From NCBI GenBank assembly GCA_046758365.1, contig JBHIAC010000045.1, positions 1-20,777 of the forward strand: a stretch of DNA of 20,777 bases. Direction: 5' to 3'. The notes beneath the pieces were generated by a model. It was not told where the DNA came from. It ran no database searches and worked only from the letters and a program-made list of their open reading frames with translations. Source of the DNA: a bacterium (GTDB lineage Bacteria; Zhuqueibacterota; Zhuqueibacteria; Oceanimicrobiales; Oceanimicrobiaceae). Below, piece after piece: positions 16,318-20,777 of the stretch (position 1 is its first letter; each line of letters starts with the position of its first letter). A program made the translations under genes and the position numbers.

Positions 16318-18525
16318 CTAGTTTGATTTGATTCGTATATTTTGTGGTGCATTAGGCGGGATAGTATCTCTCTCGGCTCCCTGAACCACAGGTACGCTAT
16401 TATGTGGGTAAACAACTTCTATGATTTTACTCTTGTAATTGACGGCTATAACTTTGTCATTACCATTCTCTCTCAACAAAAAGACAGGCTTCTCAAGATT
16501 CGACTGAATTCCAGAGACAAATAGAGCAGTAATGATATTTCCATTGGCTTTAGTGGGCGTAGTTTCAATCTCTGTACGCCATTGGTTTTTAGAAAGTCCC
16601 ATGCGAATAGGTAAATACGGGTGGTCAAGCAGCCAGCCTTGTGCATCCGTGGATGGGTCTGAATTTGAGCCATCCACCCAGGCTTCGTAGCCTTCCCCAC
16701 CCACAAATCGGAGTGTTGCCTGACTGGGCCATAACAAATTCACCTCCAAACGGCTGTCTCCTTTTTCAACAGCAAATTTATTACCTGTAGCTTCTAAAAT
16801 GCCTGCATTGGAACTACCTCGAATAACTGTGGAGGTGCCAGTGTATATAGGTTTCGTCCGGCTATGTAAAATCCAACGAATGTTGTCTACATCAGAGAGG
16901 GCAAAGCGATCCCGGATCAAGAAGATGTCTGGCTTGAGATAGATAAAGTCTCGGATGAAATACCTGGAACCGTCGGGAGTATAAACATGATTATGGTCAT
17001 ACGCTATGCTGGCATCCCCGGTCGTTATAGCGTAATCAGGCTGATTAATAAAATACGTGATCTCGCCCCGGTAGCTCGTTTCTCCCTGATACCAAACGAG
17101 CTCATCAGCAATAGGATATTTTTCGCTACTGATTGGCTGCAGCCACTTCCCGTTAACTTGTCCGCCGTCCTTATCAGGGGCACTGGACCCTTTGGGTGAA
17201 AAAATCAGGGTATTTCGGGCAATGGCATGTCCGAAGTAGTGGTCATCGTACTTACTGGGGCTGCCGAAGTAGTTGCCACCTGTAATGGCCAGGTCATCGT
17301 CACCCCGCCAGATAGTGAAGTGGTTTTGCGAGTTCTCGCTGTGGGTAGGTTTAGGACCGTTATAGAACCAGGCCATAATATCATCGGTGGCAGTAGGGTC
17401 AAAATTCCAGCCAGAGCGAAAATGCACCATGCCGTCTTTGTCAAAATACTTCACCAGAGGTTGATTTGTACTCCCTGGAGAGTTGCTAGGAATAGAGGGA
17501 TCATAGTATATTAGAGACAACCAAATAGGTTCCCTTGAGGATGGCCAATGATATGGTTGGTCATGATCCCGCAAAGTGTTGCCCAACCATTGGGCTAGTG
17601 GGTCATTAAAATGACTGGCTATCATATAAAACGTGCCGGCCGCCAGATTAGTCTTCACAAAGTATCCACTTTCATCTCCATCATCGTCTCCCTCTCCTCG
17701 GGTAAAGCGGCTGCCCGATTGGGAAAGACGGCGAACAATAAAATCCGGAAGATGACGGGTAAATCCGCTCCTGCTGACCACGTCCAGATCAGTGGCCGTG
17801 GTCCAAAGAAAGAAGGACAAAGGCTGGTAACTGCCCTGATAAAAGTATGGACGATAGGCACCATCCCCGGAAACCTCATCGCCTAGTTCTTGCAAATTTT
17901 GTAATACATTTTGCGCTTCCCGAAGCTGAGAAGATACCCCTGGTTCCCCTTCGATAGCCAAAACTGCTGAAATATAGGCATGTACACCCCTTAGATGAAT
18001 TTCATGCCAGCGAAAATAATCCAACGTGTTCTTTACTAGACTTGCCTGACGACCCTGGATTTTACTGATTAAGCTGCTTTTTTGACTGCTGCTCAATTGA
18101 TCATAGCACCAGTCAAATACCAGTGAGGGAACATCTCCCCAGGCGGCTTCACGCTCCCCATGGTCTGCGCTATTTCCATAACTTAAGGCTTCGGAAATTG
18201 CTGCTTGGGCATCGCTGACATTACCAGTCGCAAGGTACCTCAGGGCAGAGGAAAGGGCATCATTAGAATTTTTATAATTATCGACAATGTTCTTATGGGC
18301 AGGATCGTTCCACCGGACTCTAAGCAGAGCCAGATTCTCTTGATTAAACCATAACCGAGGATGACTAGGCCTGACCGTGGCTAAAGGCCATGGATTGGGA
18401 TGCTCAGTAGCTGGGCGTTTTGCCTCTGCTTTCAAATAAACTGGTAAAAGAAGTGAAGTGAAAATGAGAACTTTTTGGATGAGGATGTAAATTAGAAAGA
18501 TTTTTTTTGAACACCATAGAATCAT
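16318..18525 (-). CDS. Secreted heparinase II/III-like protein (alpha/alpha toroid + beta-sandwich; putative polysaccharide lyase) + proline tail
   Basis: Start re-called to the ATG at 18525 (AAGGAG RBS upstream; hydrophobic leader ending VYLKA-EAK), giving 735 aa. HPRLWF, LVFDWCYDQLS, DPLAQW, GMVHFRSGW, H....QNHFTI, GDASIAY, FIRDFIYL...FLIRD, WILHS and WRTEI. Confidence 0.78.
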   Translation of the reverse strand: MILWCSKKIFLIYILIQKVLIFTSLLLPVYLKAEAKRPATEHPNPWPLATVRPSHPRLWFNQENLALLRVRWNDPAHKNIVDNYKNSNDALSSALRYLATGNVSDAQAAISEALSYGNSADHGEREAAWGDVPSLVFDWCYDQLSSSQKSSLISKIQGRQASLVKNTLDYFRWHEIHLRGVHAYISAVLAIEGEPGVSSQLREAQNVLQNLQELGDEVSGDGAYRPYFYQGSYQPLSFFLWTTATDLDVVSRSGFTRHLPDFIVRRLSQSGSRFTRGEGDDDGDESGYFVKTNLAAGTFYMIASHFNDPLAQWLGNTLRDHDQPYHWPSSREPIWLSLIYYDPSIPSNSPGSTNQPLVKYFDKDGMVHFRSGWNFDPTATDDIMAWFYNGPKPTHSENSQNHFTIWRGDDDLAITGGNYFGSPSKYDDHYFGHAIARNTLIFSPKGSSAPDKDGGQVNGKWLQPISSEKYPIADELVWYQGETSYRGEITYFINQPDYAITTGDASIAYDHNHVYTPDGSRYFIRDFIYLKPDIFLIRDRFALSDVDNIRWILHSRTKPIYTGTSTVIRGSSNAGILEATGNKFAVEKGDSRLEVNLLWPSQATLRFVGGEGYEAWVDGSNSDPSTDAQGWLLDHPYLPIRMGLSKNQWRTEIETTPTKANGNIITALFVSGIQSNLEKPVFLLRENGNDKVIAVNYKSKIIEVVYPHNSVPVVQGAERDTIPPNAPQNIRIKSN

Positions 18526-18563
18526 AGTCCATCTCCTTGGATATTTGTTTCCACGTGTCAAGG

Positions 18564-18626
18564 TTAAAATACACCGAAATTATCTACGCTGATATTTTAC
18601 GGTGACGACGGTGGCACGGTATTGTT
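18564..18626 (-). pseudogene. Decayed in-frame C-terminal extension of the BNR gene (relic proline tail)
   Basis: Reading on in frame past the TAA at 18629-18627 gives NNTVPPSSP*NISVDNFGVF*, which is collinear with the tails of the two neighbouring proteins. Confidence 0.65.
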
Positions 18627-20003
18627 TTATTCTTCGTTGTCAGAGAATTCAATCGTCCATATTTTAATTAAATTGTTGGAGCTTCTGTTTGATGTTGTCA
18701 AAAAGCGAATATTATCTGTAGCGTAAAAATAGCTATAATCGGGCACCGGTATCTGTGGTCCATCTGATAAATCTATCTCATAAGTCCGCCATGTTCGGCC
18801 ACCGTCTTTGCTTCTATGCACTCTAGTACCGCTTGATATTGCCGTCATTACTCCCTGGGAGTCTATTAATAATTTTGTTGCGGCCCAAGGCATCAGAGCT
18901 GGTTCTGTCCAACCGCTATCAGGAACATACTTTAACCACGCTCTATTTACCCCTGACGATGTTGTTCTGGGCCATATAAAAACATACGGGGTCCCATCAG
19001 GCATAGCTGCAACATTTGTATAACTATAAAAATATCCATCGTCATTAGGATTTATCCAATTTGGATCAATTATAACATCAGATTGTTCCAGATTAATTGG
19101 CAAATTAAGATGCGTACCATCAACTCTGTAAAAGTTTTCTCCGCCATCATCTGAATAAGCATAAGTGGGAAAGTTAGGATTATAAAAGCTTGATTTACTG
19201 CCGTTTTTTGCAGTATAATGTTGTCCCCAAACCCAAGAAACATGCATTCTGTTATTTATATCAAAAAACATATACATTCCTCCGGAAGCAGGAACATATT
19301 TTTCATCGTGAGCAAAAGGTCGAACCCCTCCTACTCGTTGCCAAGATTTAGTAATCACATCATATTTTGCAATGCCACCAGACCATTCTCGACTAAAATA
19401 ATCACTTTTACGACAGTTATAACATTCGCGATAAGAAATATAAAGTATACCCTTACGGTCTGGGACTATAAAAGAGTATGTTATTTGATTGCCAGGAATA
19501 TCAGCAATACCTTCACCCATCCAATTCTTTTTGCAATCACCTTCACACCCAGATCGTGTTGGGACACCTTTACCGGGATTAGTACCGGCATATTGACCGC
19601 GAAATTCCCACTCTGAGATATCTTTAGGATATTTTGAAACACTATACTGCCAAGGCGTTGAATGCATATTATAAACCATGTGAATATATCCTTCACTATC
19701 AACGGCCATTGAGGGGGCATTATGCCAAGTATCCGGCTGTGTGATTGTAGCAACAATTGACGAGGTCCAGACACCATTATTTTTTTTGGCAACAACAGTT
19801 TTAAGGTTCGGATTAATGAAAGCTACATAAATATTACTGTTAAATGATGCAATTGCAGAATTAAACAAAGCGCGATTAGCCGGATGTACATCAAACTCTC
19901 CTTCCAGAATTTTACTGAAATTTTTATCTTGACTATACCCGTTAGTCCAGAATTGTATCATAAAAAAAATATGAATTATAAAATATAGGATAATATTTGC
20001 CAT
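18627..20003 (-). CDS. Secreted BNR_4-type beta-propeller protein (PL24/PL25 ulvan-lyase-like motifs)
   Basis: DTWHNAPSMAVDSEGYIHMVYNMH; ITY; RMHVSWVW; Asp-boxes YSDDGGENF and SKDGGRTW. Start uncertain: 20003 gives a clean signal-peptide-like leader MANIILYFIIHIFFMIQFWTNGYS-Q, while the ORF track gives 20096. Confidence 0.75.
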   Translation of the reverse strand: MANIILYFIIHIFFMIQFWTNGYSQDKNFSKILEGEFDVHPANRALFNSAIASFNSNIYVAFINPNLKTVVAKKNNGVWTSSIVATITQPDTWHNAPSMAVDSEGYIHMVYNMHSTPWQYSVSKYPKDISEWEFRGQYAGTNPGKGVPTRSGCEGDCKKNWMGEGIADIPGNQITYSFIVPDRKGILYISYRECYNCRKSDYFSREWSGGIAKYDVITKSWQRVGGVRPFAHDEKYVPASGGMYMFFDINNRMHVSWVWGQHYTAKNGSKSSFYNPNFPTYAYSDDGGENFYRVDGTHLNLPINLEQSDVIIDPNWINPNDDGYFYSYTNVAAMPDGTPYVFIWPRTTSSGVNRAWLKYVPDSGWTEPALMPWAATKLLIDSQGVMTAISSGTRVHRSKDGGRTWRTYEIDLSDGPQIPVPDYSYFYATDNIRFLTTSNRSSNNLIKIWTIEFSDNEE

Positions 20004-20096
20004 CCTAAAATATTTAAATAAACATAATCCTCGTACAATTTGCCGTATTAACTCGTGTGGGATAATAAAGGTTAATTTCGAAAAATTTTTAATCAT

Positions 20097-20510
20097 GGGT
20101 CTTTTTCAAAGAAAAAAAATTCACTTTACTGGATTTTGTAAAGCGCCAGCATATTCTATCTTGATAAGATCAGGTATCTGCGCGTTTTTCTGTTTGGTAG
20201 AATATATTAACGCAAGAATAATACCAATTGAACGCAAAATTGTTAATTTTCAAAATTTTTAGAATAATTGGGAAATACACCTTACTCGATCGCATTTTAA
20301 ACTTTACTAAAATTATTAACTTTAATTGAGATAGATATAGATTTTATCAGGAAAAGACAACTAAATTATCAATTTTATTAAAATAACAGTAAAAACTTGT
20401 CTGATTCTTTCAGAAGAAATTATGCCTTGAATAAATAAGACAGGATAACTTTTTGAATATAGAAGCTCAATAGATCTACAAAATTGTCATGCGAAAATGT
20501 AATCATGTAA
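20097..20510. promoter_or_regulatory. AT-rich non-coding region expected to contain the promoter of the minus-strand three-gene block
   Basis: No ORF of 60 aa or more, and it lies directly upstream of the first minus-strand gene. No specific -35/-10 pair could be assigned. Confidence 0.35.
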
Positions 20511-20555
20511 ATTTTATATCACGGCTTTAGGCGAACCTCACTTTTTCAACAATAT

Positions 20556-20621
20556 TTGGATAGCAAAGATGCAAAGGGCGTTTTTCTATCCAGCGGAGTT
20601 TATTTCTACCCATATAATTAA
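20556..20621 (+). pseudogene. Relic of an FlgD Ig-like / secretion-tail-type C-terminal domain
   Basis: 20559-20609 translates to DSKDAKGVFLSSGVYFY, matching the spacing of the consensus WDGxDxxGxxVxSGVYFY. A TGG at 20557-20559 is one base out of register. There is no ATG in the open stretch 20511-20621. Confidence 0.6.
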
Positions 20622-20777
20622 TAAAACGATAAATCCTATTAACAACTCTTTTTCAGATGATCCCATTTTTATTAATGCTTTGAATCGAACTCATCTATAC
20701 TCGTAAGGCTATTCATTTCTTTTTTGACAAAAAACTTTCTGCTTTTTACCTGCATTGTAAGTATTTTAAATATATAA

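Noticed and set aside
16271..16318. N-terminal extension MHLLCRIENLILEEPS of the beta-helix ORF
   Set aside because: It overlaps the upstream stop and precedes a better ATG (16270) that has an RBS and a signal-peptide-like leader.
18526..18561. TTG start and TTGACA hexamer upstream of the heparinase-like gene
   Set aside because: AAGGAG-spaced ATG at 18525 is the better start, and there is no -10 element at the right distance from TTGACA.
18612..18625. Sigma-54-like TGGCACGGTATTGT on the + strand
   Set aside because: It lacks the conserved -12 C, points antisense into the BNR gene, and is fully explained as the reverse complement of the relic tail codons (N-T-V-P).
18597..18629. Stop-codon reassignment (TAA read as Gln/Lys)
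   Set aside because: TAA terminates wzx, wecB, the epimerase and the ACP at their expected family ends, and no gene shows internal TAA codons.
19218..19795. 132-aa (+) and 104-aa (-) ORFs within the BNR gene, representative of the other short nested ORFs in the track
   Set aside because: Alternative-frame ORFs inside confident genes with no protein-like features.
20209..20237. AACGCAA direct repeat with 22-bp period upstream of the minus-strand block
   Set aside because: Only two 7-mers in AT-rich DNA; not distinguishable from chance without comparative data.
20557..20592. 15-bp hairpin TGGATAG-C-AAAGATGC/GCGTTTTT-CTATCCA as a possible ncRNA or terminator
   Set aside because: It has no U-tract or recognisable RNA family, and it coincides with the FlgD-like coding relic, so it is probably incidental.
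20724..20752. TTGACA-N17-TACCTG possible sigma-70 promoter facing out of the window
   Set aside because: The -10 match is poor and the downstream gene is not visible.

Overview
Bacterial window with two convergent blocks. The + strand (4..13968) is the distal part of a Wzx-dependent surface-polysaccharide locus. It encodes a Wzx flippase, a CE4-fold deacetylase, UDP-GlcNAc 2-epimerase (wecB), a GT4, a WecG/TagA-family GT26, a GDP-mannose 3,5-epimerase-like SDR and a SAM methyltransferase. These are followed by a tightly coupled candidate tailoring cassette: acyl carrier protein, FkbH, VOC/methylmalonyl-CoA-epimerase-like protein, GNAT acyltransferase and two paralogous CE4 deacetylases. The - strand (14288..~20003) has three predicted secreted proteins with lyase-like folds: a BNR_4 beta-propeller, a heparinase II/III-like protein and a parallel beta-helix + Ig + lectin-like protein. 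Main observations: (i) two of these proteins end in the same ~16-aa tail D-x-x-P-P-x-x-P-x-N-[IV]-R-[IV], and a decayed in-frame copy sits just past the stop of the third, suggesting a C-terminal sorting or docking tag; (ii) the cassette suggests de-N-acetylation followed by glyceryl-type re-acylation of the glycan; (iii) the heparinase-like protein appears to have lost all three metal ligands; (iv) a relic of an FlgD-Ig/secretion-tail-type C-terminal domain lies in the 3' non-coding region, hinting at an FCB-superphylum host. All family calls come from motif recognition by eye; no database searches were run. No rRNA, tRNA, CRISPR array or mobile element was seen.
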